A stretch of DNA of 46,697 bases from Catajapyx aquilonaris (Eukaryota), in assembly GCA_000934665.2 (NCBI GenBank), contig KZ539461.1:1-46697 (forward strand), in the 5' to 3' direction. Shown here in pieces: positions 1 to 11,376 of the stretch (position 1 is the first letter of the stretch; each line of letters opens with the position of its first letter). The translations under genes were made by a program, and so were the position numbers. Under the pieces are notes generated by a model that worked only from the letters and a program-made list of their open reading frames with translations, had not been told where the DNA came from and searched no databases.

Positions 1-51
1 GGGGGGGGGGGGGGCGGCCCCCCGGGCCCCCCCCCCCTGCCTACGCCACTG
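1..51. mobile_element. Right end of a hAT-type MITE (truncated by window edge)
   Basis: G/C-run sequence ending CTACGCCACTG, the reverse complement of the common CAGTGGCGTAG hAT MITE terminus. The partner end is not in the window. Confidence 0.45.
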
Positions 52-454
52 GAAAAGCTTCTAGTATGCCTAGTGAACCAGCCATACTAGTAGGAATCTC
101 TCTCAAGCGGCCGTGAGATAACCAGGCACATACTCTTACCAAAATATATCCTGTAAGCTAGGCTACCTGTAAGCTGTAACAGGCTGTCCACTTAGCCTAT
201 ATTAAATAACTGTCTCTTATAAATTAGAGAAGCTTCTCAATGGTAGGCCTATAGGCAGGCTATTGGTTAAGAGTTAAATGCACTTCAGTACAGGCTCATA
301 GTCAACCTCCACTCTGGTAAGATCACCGAAATCGGAGTCAATGGCTACAAGATACGCGCCATGGAGAGGAGTAAAAGTATTAGAATTGCTTGAGAAGAGA
401 GGGGTTATTCACTTCTTGTGATCCGTGTACACCTTCGATGGTGATCCAGTGTAC

Positions 455-1112
455 TATGAGCCTTTTAACGCTACGTCATCACAACAAAGGCGGCCGCCAT
501 GTTGGTTGGGTAAAACCCCTATCCCACCCGTGTTGTTGGCAGGGTTTTTGAGGTCTGCCGGGGTTTATGAGCTCTGCTGTGGCCCGTGGTTGGCCCGTGG
601 CCTACCTGCGGGGCTCCCCGACATGGCCCGCCCTTTGGAACCACTGCCGCACTACGCGAAAAGTCTTACTACGGGAGAAACACAGAGGCGAAGCGATACG
701 ATACTCGATACGATACTCTCGCGGTAAATGGCTCGCTTCAACTCGTGTTGCTGGCAGTGTTTGTGCCGGTGTGTGAGGTTCGCCGGGGTTAATTAGTCAC
801 ACTGCAACTTCCAGCAGGGAAATAAACACCGGAAATGGTTACTTTGTGCAAAGTGTGAGATCCGCAAATCCGTCGATGTTTGGTGGGTTACCAACTTTTC
901 TCGACCTTCTCCACTCTCCTGACGGCGGCCAACAATCTGGCCCACCCCTCCACATCAATTTGGAACCGAAAAAAAGCCCGGTGTGGCTTACTTACTCGAG
1001 ATATTGTTGCGGAAATAACCCATCAGCATGCCGCCATTGCTGGTTCTGCCCAACCAACATGGCCGCCGCGAAAAAAAAGGTAAACAAATACGTCACGGCT
1101 AAAAGGCTCATA
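455..1112. mobile_element. Non-autonomous inverted-repeat DNA element (unclassified MITE)
   Basis: TATGAGCCTTTT (455-466) pairs with AAAAGGCTCATA (1101-1112). An internal inverted pair GCCATGTTGGTTGGG (~496-510) / CCCAACCAACATGGC (~1048-1063) is also present. Confidence 0.6.
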
Positions 1113-1270
1113 CACTTTTGTGAGGAGTATAAATACCCCCTTGCTGAGAAGCCCCAGGAAATCCAGCACTCGTCGCAACTCGAAATTACAAAAATCACAA
1201 TAAGGAAGTCCAAAAAATACAGTGTCCAATAACTTTATGAAGATAACGACTTGAACTTTAAAAATACTAT

Positions 1271-1378
1271 GGGTGAAACTTTCATCCCACTGCTAGTTAC
1301 TGCTAACTTAGCAGTACATTTGCCAACACTGGCATTCCTAGGTTAGCGGTAACTAGCAGTGGGATGAAAATTTCACCA
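1271..1378. mobile_element. Short palindromic MITE (second copy at ~33031-33143)
   Basis: Arms GGTGAAACTTTCATCCCACTGCTAGTTAC / GTAACTAGCAGTGGGATGAAAATTTCACC. A homologous copy lies upstream of SUGT1. Confidence 0.7.
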
Positions 1379-1442
1379 CAAATGTTTTTGAGGGTAACTG
1401 TGACTAATGTAAACGTCAATATTATTGTTGTTGATTGTGACC

Positions 1443-1813
1443 CAGGGGGAGATGGAGTGGCGCTGCCGTAACGTATGCGCACACGGATGTTAAGGTCCCG
1501 GGTTCAATCCCATCCCGGGGACACCCCCTTCATCTCGTGCAGAGTTCGGGGTCATCTCTGGCTTCGTCTCTGGTGGTATTTCCAATAGACTAAACCACCC
1601 GGGGAGTTCACAAAATTACCACAGCTACGACATTGCACTGCAGCACCTTGCACAACCCCTCATGTCACCCTGCCCGTGGGCCCGGGCTTTCATTAAATAG
1701 GCACCATGTAGGCTACTTAACAACTTTAAAATACAATAAAGGTCCATGCTATATACCCCGGAAGGGGTGAAAGCATTACCCACATATATTTATTATTATT
1801 ATTATTATTATTA

Positions 1814-1866
<53 letters not shown>

Positions 1867-1872
1867 GATTGA
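1443..1872 (+). mobile_element. tRNA-derived SINE, family 1, tail type A, with (TTA)n tail
   Basis: A-box-like TGGCGCTGCCG and B-box GGTTCAATCC (1501-1510). Body shared with 4 other copies. (TTA)n tail ~1791-1866. 12-bp TSD TTGATTGTGACC at 1431-1442 and 1873-1884. Confidence 0.9.
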
Positions 1873-2185
1873 TTGATTGTGACCTCACATGAGAGAAAAT
1901 TCTCCACAATAAAATTTTGCCTAACCATAGTCATGTTTTTTCCTCTTCACACAAGGCCACATATAGGCAATTAAATTACTGTGAGAAAGAGGCCTACATC
2001 CCACCACTCTCGTCTACTAACACTTCGAATTTTGGCGCCTCCAAAAGCGCCCTCGTACGGCCATTTTGGGAAACACTACTGTTATTGGCAACCCTGCTTT
2101 CTCATTGTGAAATCCATGTCCTGTTGGCCACCCTTTTCCTGCTGGCAACATCGAAGCATTCGAAGGAGAACTGGGGAATAGGAAA

Positions 2186-2308
2186 ATGGCTGCATCAGGT
2201 GAAGGGAGCTGGGCAGGTAGATCTGAGGACGAGGCTTCGTCTCTCCTGGTCAAATGCGTGACCCCAAACAAGGACAAGGAAGAGGACAACTCGTTGGCTC
2301 AACGGGAG
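2186..2308 (+). CDS. Uncharacterised protein, putative coding exon 1
   Basis: AAAATGG start with an in-frame stop upstream at 2108. 41 codons MAASGEGSW...LAQRE. Donor GAG|GTAAAT, phase 0. Confidence 0.55.
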
Positions 2309-2368
2309 GTAAATAACTCACATTTTGCACCCAAAGAGAGCAATATATAGTCACGTTCCATTTTATAG

Positions 2369-2860
2369 TGGCATGGGAAGGGATCGGTCAGGCGGCCCAT
2401 GGCCAGGCCCAAGGATTCCAACCAGGCGAAGAAGGATGAGTTTTACCCACTCATGAAGGAGTATGTCAGGTACTGGCCCAATCCAGAGGGACCTGCCCCC
2501 ACACCAGAAGAGGTCCAGCAGAATACCATGGCAAAGTGGCGCAGGAGGCGACCTCCGATTGAACAGAAGGATGAGCCAGAAGACATCAGCTGGAACCTGG
2601 CCCCGACCCGCCCTAACCCTACCAATAAGCCAGGCAAGGAGATAGTTATCAGCCTGGTTGACGACTCGTCCTCATCTGATGAAGAAGTGGAGGGACGTGG
2701 CAAGAAGGGTGATGAGGAACGAAAGGCCAAGGATAAGGGTGATGAGGAGCGAAAGTCCGAAAATACGCCCATGAGCAAGTCTGAGATTATGGGGAACATG
2801 AGGAAGAAGGTGATGCTCTATGCCGAGAGCCTGTACACGCTTTGTGATCCCAACGATGAG
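2369..2860 (+). CDS. Uncharacterised protein, putative coding exon 2 (basic/acidic, SIM-like motif)
   Basis: Acceptor TTTTATAG| after a 60-bp intron, in frame with the 2399-2983 ORF. Purine-rich coding-like composition. Phase-0 donor GAG|GTAAAA at 2860/2861. Confidence 0.65.
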
Positions 2861-2976
2861 GTAAAATCACTTGCAGGATATCCACACACCCGTATTAATA
2901 AGGTGTTAGTCACTATAGTGAAAATGATGAACTCGGATGGAGAGACAGGTGACCAAAAGGCACCAGAAATTAACTG

Positions 2977-3155
2977 CAGTTGAATCGGGATATAATAACA
3001 ACCTCGGCTATAACAGACTTTCGCATATAACAGACTCGAAAGGCCGGTCCCGGCACACGTCCAGATATGGCTTTTGTGTTCGGCTATAACAGACATTGGT
3101 TACAACGGACTGATTTCTGTGGTCCCTTGAGGTCTGTTATATCCGGATTCAACTG
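2977..3155. mobile_element. pogo/Tigger-like MITE
   Basis: TIRs CAGTTGAATC..GATATAA / TTATATCCGGATTCAACTG, TA on the right flank. Same family as 34380-34555. Confidence 0.8.
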
Positions 3156-3324
3156 TAGTAATTAATTAATTATTAAATAAATAAGTATCTGCTGATGGGT
3201 CAATGAAAGCAATGATGTGCTCCAGAAAGTGATTAACCAGTTAGTATTTACAAAATCTTGTGTGGAAACTGTTACATATTAACATATTAACTACTACACT
3301 TGCTGATGTTGTGTCTTTTTCCAG

Positions 3325-3405
3325 GTCGTTGAGCCCATGGAGAACCTTTCTTTGGCTTATGAAGACTATGGGATGGTGCCTGTTGTAAAAGGACGACCAG
3401 GATAG
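3325..3405 (+). CDS. Uncharacterised protein, putative terminal coding exon
   Basis: Acceptor TGTCTTTTTCCAG|, phase 0, encodes VVEPMENLSLAYEDYGMVPVVKGRPG*. AATAAA at 3539-3544. Confidence 0.55.
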   Translation, partial: VVEPMENLSLAYEDYGMVPVVKGRPG

Positions 3406-4113
3406 ACATGTTGACTCAGAAAGGTCATTCAATTTATGTTCCCATTATTCCCAAATGCCAGCTGTTTTTTTCGTTTTTTTTTTCTCTAAATTTGTGACCT
3501 GCACTCTTGTAACAATCAATAGACACATGGTGCTACTGAATAAAGAATAAGAAAACAGGAGTTTTTCTGTGACTTCATAAAGGCCATCCATGGCACAATA
3601 ATTTATTTAGGGATTATTTTAGTATGAGAAGACATCCCAATAACACTTTGTTTACCTAAGTCAAAATGTGTGGCAAATTATTTATTATCATTTTTAAATG
3701 TAGGCTACCATATAATATTATCCCATTCCCAAGCCAATTGGCTTGTTTGGAGGTGAACTCAGATAATTATGTATGGTATTATAAGAAAACTTTGCAGAAT
3801 GTTTAGAATATCTCAGTCAGAAATGTGCAATATAAAACAGAAGTAAAGAGGATACAGTATTTTGACATTTTTCTTTCAGCTTACAGTCAGTGACAGGCCT
3901 TACTAGTAGGTAAGTCAATTACACCGTGAATTAAATGACAAAAATATCTAGCACTGATTTTGGGAAAGTAAAAATAGTGAAAATTTGTTTCACATTATAC
4001 TGTGACATAAGGGCCTACATATTTGTAGCAAAATAATGTTGCATTTTTTGACACTGAACAGGTCCATAATTATGAATGCCTTTGCCTTACTTCTATTCTA
4101 GAATATTATACAA

Positions 4114-4600
4114 GGGCAATTCCACGTGAACGTGGCCACCTTTTGCACGAAAAAATTTGCCCGTCGATGAGTGTGAGATATGTTCGAGTCCATGTCAAGT
4201 TATGACCTCTCCCATAAGGATTTGGTCCGCCGATGCGTGGTTGCCTATCTACAGGCGCTAATTGCACTTGGATCACAGTTAGAGGCGCCCCCCTATTACG
4301 TTTACATGACAACGTAAATGCATGATGTAATACATGTTTCATGTGGGAAATAATTGTCTCCTCTTTCCGATAAAAATAGTTACTTTCCGATAGCTGTGCA
4401 AATTCATGTCACAAGGCGAGATTTTTGCAAACAAATGACATTTTCAACAAAAGAGCCAAAGTCAAATGGCATTATATTGATATCAAAATACACCTCACAG
4501 TGTCCTCTATCAGTGGTACAAACGGAATTTTGGAATACGAAATGGTTCCGGAGCTATAGGTACTGACGTGGAGAGCTGCAGGAGTGCAATTCCATTATAG
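4114..4600. mobile_element. Partial DNA element; terminus resembles the Sola2-like element at 42042
   Basis: GGGCAATTCCACGTGAA resembles the GGGCCATTCCACATGAA terminus at 42042. No matching right end found, so the extent is approximate. Confidence 0.35.
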
Positions 4601-4604
4601 TCTA

Positions 4605-5047
4605 CAGGGTGCGGAAATTTAATCTACCTTCGCTTTGGGAAATGATGGAGGGGTTCCAGGCGATCACTTTGAGTATATGCAACATGGGTGATGGGTCTCA
4701 GACGCATAATGACCGAGATAATGTGCTTTACACCCAAGGTATAAAATATCCTGGCACGTATGCGTCCCTCCACGCGACCTTACCTTTTAAATTTAAATTT
4801 AAGGTTTTACCAGGTAATTTAATTTAAATTTACGATCCTGGTAGGAGTATCAGGGAATGGCCTAGGCGATGGAAGTGTCGTAAGCAGTATCCGAAACGTA
4901 TAATATGGGATAATGCACTTTTAGTTCATGATAATTATCTCGGTAACTATGATTCGGAGACCCACGATTCATATATTTTAAAAAAATGATCGTTTGGAAG
5001 CCCCTACCATCCCCAAAGCGAAGGTAGATTAAATTTTCCGCGCCCTG
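4605..5047. mobile_element. Tc1/mariner-type MITE
   Basis: TA|CAGGGTGCGGAAATTTAATCTACCTTCGCTTTGGG ... CCCAAAGCGAAGGTAGATTAAATTTTCCGCGCCCTG|TA. Confidence 0.85.
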
Positions 5048-5191
5048 TATGGTAAAGTCTCAACAGTGAATGTTCATTTGGACTGTGACTAGGAACGAAT
5101 AGGCAATAGAGGAATGAACACACACACAAAAAAAAGTAGGCTACATGTTTTTTTTTATTCTAACTAATCCGGCATATTTTAACACTTGACA

Positions 5192-5255
5192 CTTGTGAAA
5201 ATTGAAACATTATTGAACATGACCTCATGTTCAATAATGTTTCAATTTTCACAAG
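5192..5255. repeat. Perfect palindrome (31-bp arms, 2-nt spacer)
   Basis: CTTGTGAAAATTGAAACATTATTGAACATGA-CC-TCATGTTCAATAATGTTTCAATTTTCACAAG. Confidence 0.9.
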
Positions 5256-5689
5256 CAACGGGTATGTCCACTAAAGAAAAAATAACAGGCAGAGAGGAAG
5301 TGCACCTAAACTCAATGGCGAAACCCGGGCGAAACTGAACAAGAAACTGAAGGTTATTGAATTGCAAGCTCCCTAACTGAAAATACAATTAACCCATGCA
5401 GATCTGTCCGGAAAAGTTTTTGTTGCATTTTTGAACTTTCTTTGTTTCTATATTAGTTTCTAAAACACAAAACTCGAGATAAAACATTTTAACATCCACT
5501 GTAAAGTAGCGGTTATTTATAACGCGACGCTATTTTGGGCCAACCACCAGCCATACATTACCAATAAAAGATATAACAGCCCCCTCTTAGTATTTATACT
5601 CAAAATAAAAATCCCCAATAGAGATCCCGCATTAAAACAACGTCCCATTCCCGCAACTAGATTTCTCCCTCAGTTTTGTAAGGTTTTGT

Positions 5690-6064
5690 CCCCGCGCCCG
5701 CTCAAAGCCGAAAATGGCGCGACATTCCCCACCTGTTTCCCTCCCTCCCGCATCTCTCCATTTCCACCTCAGTTCTAGCTCCACCTTAAAAATCTCGCCC
5801 TATTATTATCTCACTTATATCGTAAAATCACCCTTGTAATTTACGCCCCTGACAAAACCATATGTGTCACTGGTGCCAAGAGTTTCTGATTTGATCCACT
5901 TCCTGCTCAACGGGCATGCGCACTACCAGCTGCATTCGGGTGCTTGCTTCATGCTGTCTGTCGCGGTGTGCCGTGTGCCTCTCCTTGTGTTTGTTCTGGT
6001 TTGTTACTTTGTTCACTCTAACTGTCCTCGTGCTGGCTGGTACGACAGCAGAGATTTTGACGAG
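5690..6064 (+). promoter_or_regulatory. SINHCAF: Probable SINHCAF promoter and non-coding first exon
   Basis: CpG-richer stretch with YY1-like AAAATGGCG (~5711) and NRF1-like GCATGCGCA (~5914). Strong donor GAG|GTGAGT at 6064/6065. Matching acceptor TTTTCAG| at 7603, upstream of the ATG. The TSS is not determinable. Confidence 0.55.
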
Positions 6065-7157
6065 GTGAGTACGGGTGTAGTAGCTTGAATTTTTGGACTG
6101 GGTGAAATTTTGGGTGCCAATTTCTGTAGCGGACTGGTGATACCGGCATGGTTAGGGCTGAGTCATGCGGGCCATGCTGCATGGGTTTTTAAGTATTAGA
6201 GGGTACGTAGCAGGGCTGATTGCACCAGTTCAACAATGAGGTGCTAGATTCTTGCCAACAGGGCATCTGAATCTGAATTTAGTGCTTTGACCTTCACACA
6301 GTCCAACCTTTGATCCATTTAATAATTAAAACCAAATTACAAATATGTGCTTGGAAAAAATAAGTAGATTGGACTGGGTATTGCAAGAAAAAAAAACAAT
6401 TGCACAAGCTGTCAGTCACAACATTTGAGGCTACAGCTGTGCAACCTTTCCCTTTTTTTTGCATATCAGCATGGGGTTGGTTGGCAAATATGGGTGAAGG
6501 TCCTCCCACTTTCTCAATGTCAGATCAATAGCGGATTTACTTCTCCCAGGTGAACATATGGTTGGGTGCTAAGTAAGTGATCGCAGGTAATCCCTCACTT
6601 GTGGCCAGGTGACCCACATTTTTTGGGGATGCCTTTGGAGGGCTTCTAGTGAGAAAGTGGGTGAGATTGGAGGTAAAAAGGGTGGTGTTAGATTCCTTTC
6701 TCCCTTTCTGCATCCATTTTGTCAACCTTTGATGAACATGTCGCCATATGGTAGAAAAGTAGGGCACTTCCTCTTTATAACTATTTAAGTGCAGGCCAGT
6801 ATTGTAATGACAAGTACGCAATTGCTCATGCTGTAAGCATATTCTGAGGGGCTATCCTCACCGCATCTTCACACTGCGTATATATTTGTACACAGCCAGT
6901 GTCATAACCCATTGAGCAACCACTTATTGACAATACTAGTATGATGTAATGGGCCAATCCCTCGATCAGCCTTTATTGGCTCAGTAGGTCAGTAGGTTAT
7001 CAACGACCCGAAAAGACGCACGTGGGTGAGTCGGTATGCAGACATGTGTGGCGTCACATAGTCGGACATGTGGGCGGCATTTTCAAACCGAGTGGCGGGA
7101 TCGACGGTGGGCGTCGTCGTCGATGGGTGTGGGCGGTTTGCCGGGGGGGGGGGGGGA

Positions 7158-7354
7158 NNNNNNNNNNNNNNNNNNNNNNNNNNNNNNNNNNNNNNNNNNN
7201 NNNNNNNNNNNNNNNNNNNNNNNNNNNNNNNNNNNNNNNNNNNNNNNNNNNNNNNNNNNNNNNNNNNNNNNNNNNNNNNNNNNNNNNNNNNNNNNNNNNN
7301 NNNNNNNNNNNNNNNNNNNNNNNNNNNNNNNNNNNNNNNNNNNNNNNNNNNNNN
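7158..7354. other. Assembly gap (N run) flanked by poly-G
   Basis: About 197 N between G homopolymers. Confidence 0.95.
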
Positions 7355-7679
7355 GGGGGGGGGGGGGCTTCTGGGTGTCATTTTCGGAGGGTGAAAGGGG
7401 TTGGCGTCATCTGGGTTTGGATACATGCTGTTTCAGACACTTGAGTAATTTTGGAGGGAGATAAGAGGGGTTGACTGTGCCATAGCAGTAAGTTCTATGA
7501 CTTGCCCAGGAGTACTGTGACAAGTGTCAGTACATGTGCCATGTGGCTGTTCTTGTCCACAATTTGTGTTCTGAGGCATTGACATACTGTGGTTAATTTT
7601 CAGACCTGGTGAGTCTGAGGAGGAGGGCCGCGGCAGACGTAAGACTCGGCGTCGTCCAGCAGGTGAAGGGAGACGCACC

Positions 7680-8115
7680 ATGTTCTCGTTCCACAAACCC
7701 AAGACGTATCGCTCCTCCAAGGGATGCTGCATTTGTGGGGCTAAGTCATCCAGCTCACGCTTCACAGACAGCAAGAAGTATGAGCCAAGTTTTGCCGATT
7801 GCTTCAAGTTGGAGGAGCTTAGGTGTGGCGAAATCTGTAATGCATGTGTGTTGCTGGTGAAGAGGTGGAGGAAGCTACCTAAAGGAACAGAGCGCAACTG
7901 GTGCCATGTGGTGGATGCCAGGGCAGGTCCAGGCACCAAGTATTTGGGCAGGGTCAGGAGCAAAGTCAAAATAGGAAAAGGAGTGGTTCCAAAACAGCCA
8001 GATAACAAACTCATGGATGTCCTGAAACAGGAAAAGTTCAAGAAGAAGCATGTTTACAGGCCTAAGGACAGACAGAGACAAGCTGAGATGGATGCTCTCA
8101 GTGATGACGTACAAG
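7680..8115 (+). CDS. SINHCAF: SIN3-HDAC complex-associated factor (FAM60A), coding exon 1
   Basis: MFSFHKPKTYRSSKGCCICGAKSSSSRFTDSKKYE...GEICNACVLLVKRWRKLP...NWCHVVDARAGP matches the FAM60A GATA-like zinc finger N-terminus. Donor CAAG|GTAAG, phase 1. Confidence 0.95.
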
Positions 8116-8243
8116 GTAAGAGATATTATATGGTGAAACTTCTTGCATGAATTCTCCATCATGTCCTTTTTCAATTCTGTGAGTGTGGGTGCCTGATTTC
8201 TGCCTTCCTACCAGCCATAATTAATTGCCATTTACTTTTTCAG

Positions 8244-8418
8244 GCATGGATGACTGCTTGTCGGATGCTAGTGGACCCTCTTTAGGTGGAATGAGCCCGA
8301 TACCTGAAGATCAAGATTGGGATTGTCAGTCTTCAGTTGCAATCAAGAACAAGCGTAAGCGCTCGCCTTCCTGTCACATTCCACCGAGCAGCTTTTTGGA
8401 CATGGCTGTGTGGAAGAG
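8244..8418 (+). CDS. SINHCAF: SINHCAF coding exon 2
   Basis: Acceptor TTTTTCAG|GC completes Gly. Ends SFLDMAVWKR (human SFLDLTYWKR). Donor AG|GTCAGT, phase 2. Confidence 0.9.
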
Positions 8419-9084
8419 GTCAGTCAATATATGATTGTTTTTAATTTTGGATAGCTGCAGCTCTGCTCTTGGCTTAAACCTTTGAGACACCTCGTTAGAT
8501 GCTAATGTGCTGCCCCTTGAAAAGTCACATGACATGATCACTGGGCATCAGTTAGGCGGGGGAGAAAATATAACCAAGTGATTCCATACATACTTATGTA
8601 GTTACTTATGAGGTGTTTTCATCCTGCCATCACCATGGCACATTGACGAATCTAGGAAAACAGTAACAAATAATAGTTTAGAACTGCCACTCCAAAACTA
8701 TTTATTTGACTCTGTAGCACACATTAAAAAAATAATTTTCAGCGGCACAGTGCAACACTGACTGTAGAGCATGGCCACCTGAATCTGTGCACAATCATTG
8801 TTGTGCCATTATTGTCTGACAATAATGTACCTAAATGGAAACACATGTAATATTACAAGTGGTTGGATTTACAAAAATAAATTACTGCCCGTTTCCATTT
8901 TGCCCTGCACTGATTTACTGTTCTGAATGAGAAAGTGGCACAATTACTTATCGAAGGCTTCGATGTAGAGGGAGTATGGAACCATAGGAGTTTCCTGTTA
9001 CATTGTTGTAGTGCATGGTTACGTATATAGGGTGTCCCGCTTGAAGGTATAATAAAAGAAAACTTCGTAACTTACGAAGCACTA

Positions 9085-9399
9085 TAAAATATATATAATA
9101 ATATATAATAATTGGGTTTAGTGCACTGCCCTTCTTGGGCATCTGGCATGGTACCTTTATTATGCTTCAGATGTACAAGCTTTACAAGTGGTCCTTTTCC
9201 GTAATGCCCGGGTACCGCGAGCGAAGGGGGGATGAGTAGGAGGGGATGTGCAATGTGCAGTGCAATGTCTTAAACATGGTACATTTTGTGAACTCCCCCG
9301 GGTGGTTAGTCTCGAGGAATCCCACCCGAGACGAAGCCAGAGACGACCCCAACTCTGCACGAGATGAAGGGGGATTACTGCAGCGCCACTTCGCCTCCC
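9085..9399 (-). mobile_element. tRNA-derived SINE, family 1, tail type B, B-box deleted
   Basis: Homologous to 13294-13658. TSD AACTTAC(G/A)AAGCACTA at 9069-9084 and 9400-9415. The internal segment containing the B-box is missing. Confidence 0.85.
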
Positions 9400-10149
9400 A
9401 ACTTACAAAGCACTAGTTGTAATGACGGAAGCTGTGTGCCAGTTTAAAGAGCAGATCTGAATTTTTTTTGCGTGTCTAATACACTTCTACGTGAACTCCA
9501 CTGGTAGCGCAGCAAAGGTCAAACCGGAAGTCTGCCTCAACCCATGTGTTGAGAAGCATTTTGGGGTGTTACATTTTTAATTGCACTGCAAATTCTGTTG
9601 CACAAGTCTGCCAAATTATGCACCTGTGTAACCTACATCTGTCTTGAACAAACCCCAACAGGGAAAAGTTAGGTAGAGTTAGGTTTAGTCATTTGGGGGG
9701 CCATGCAATTAACGTTGATCGTCTCCCAATCCATCCTGCAATGGTCGTCTCAGAATGTGCCGACATCATTGGCAAAGTGAGGGGGGCCCATCTTATTGAA
9801 AATTGTTCCTTGAGGTTAGCTGAAACATAGCGAATTTCTGTAACGTTCCCAGGCATGTTAATCCAGTTACCATGGTCTCCGAGAAAAAAAAATGGACCTG
9901 TGATTTTGCCCTTCATGACCTCACACCAATAATTGCACTTACTTAGGAAAATCCCATTTGTATTAATGAAGTGTATTAGTCTCGGTATTAGTATATTGAG
10001 TGTATTAGATATATGTAAAAACCAAATTCAAATCTGTTCTTTAAACTGGCACACACTGGCACACACCTTCTGTCATTACAACTTGTACTTTGTAAGTTAT
10101 GAATTTTTCTTTTATTATACATCTCAGCGGGACACTCTGTACATGTATA

Positions 10150-10702
10150 CAGGGTGGTTGGTAAATGGTGCCCGATCTTCTCGTAGCGACATTCCTGGTG
10201 AAAAAGCAGTATCGGGAAGTGAATGTCCGAATGGCCTACGATGCGTGGTTGCCGCTCATAAGGCCTCAGAAAGTTAGAACCAAATCATGACGTCACATCC
10301 ACCTGTACCATTCAAACATATCGCTACTGTATGCAGTTCATGAAGCAAGCAATCAATTCTCACCTTCGGACAGTGGACAATGCAGGCAGTGGAGGTCGTT
10401 ATGAGAGTTGCTGGAACATGTAGTACTATTGTACAAGAGCTCCATGGGCAAGTGATGCCTCACCATTCACTCTGGTTGCTCCATTTTCCTACGTACATTG
10501 GCAAGTTGTGTCACTGCGTACCACCTGCATACAGTAGCGATATTGTAGCATTTAAATGGTGCATGCGGATGTGACGTCATGATTTGTTCCAACTTTCGGA
10601 GGCCTCGTGAGTGATAACCATGCATCATAGGACACTCGGACCTTCACTTCCCTATACGAATCTCGCTACGAGAACGTCGGGCACCATTTACCTACCACCC
10701 TG
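10150..10702. mobile_element. Tc1/mariner-type MITE with long imperfect TIRs
   Basis: TA|CAGGGTGGTTGGTAAATGGTGCCCGA ... TCGGGCACCATTTACCTACCACCCTG|TA, with inverted homology extending ~190 bp. Confidence 0.85.
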
Positions 10703-11376
10703 TATAATTATGGTGACCATATACTACAACAAGGTAATAGGAAAGTCCTATAGTTTCAAGGTGTAAACTCATATAGACTTGAAACTACAATTTGTGCGTG
10801 AAAGTCGGACTTTTGCGTGCATTGGAACGCCGTTTATGCATGCGTGTTGGCCTCTTGTTGACATTGGTTCCCCGTGGTTGCCATTCACCGCGCGCAACTG
10901 TTGGTACCCTTGTGCATGTGGCTTCGATCAGCCCCAGGTCGATCGATATGCAACAATTCGATGGAACACCATTCCTATGCATTGGGGATTCGTGTTGACA
11001 TTCACCGTTGGTGCCTTGTCCGTCACAGATATGGAAACAGCCCTCTTCCCCACGCAAACAAGGCCATGGAAACGCACATGCACAAGTCTGAGTTTCACAC
11101 ACAAGTCATAGTTTCAAGTCGATATGAGTTTACACCTTCAGACTTGAGGGACACCCAGGGAAAAAAATCACACAGACGCACATGCGCAGACTTCAAAGAG
11201 CGTGCCATTACCATGGGCCGGATCCAGCAGAGCTGCTTATTCTTTGCCAGTTTCGAGTTTGTCCCATACAGAGGGAAGTAGCTAGCAGACATCCATGGTG
11301 TTTTTATTTTGCAAACACCTTCCCTTACGATGGGAAACGATATTTGTGGTGTTTGCAATTGCAAGGGGCAAAGGGT

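Noticed and set aside
846..1232. ORF containing MAAAKKKVNKYVTAK, superficially like a CGGBP1/hAT N-terminus
   Set aside because: The segment is the right inverted arm of the 455-1112 element, no zinc-finger residues follow, and there is no splice support.
2861..2983. 3' end of the 194-aa ORF as coding
   Set aside because: A phase-0 donor at 2861 and a matching downstream exon explain it as intron read-through ending in a MITE.
6989..7464. Long ORFs across the N run
   Set aside because: Artefacts of the assembly gap and poly-G.
7433..8041. 202-aa minus-strand ORF
   Set aside because: Antisense shadow of SINHCAF exon 1 with no recognisable features.
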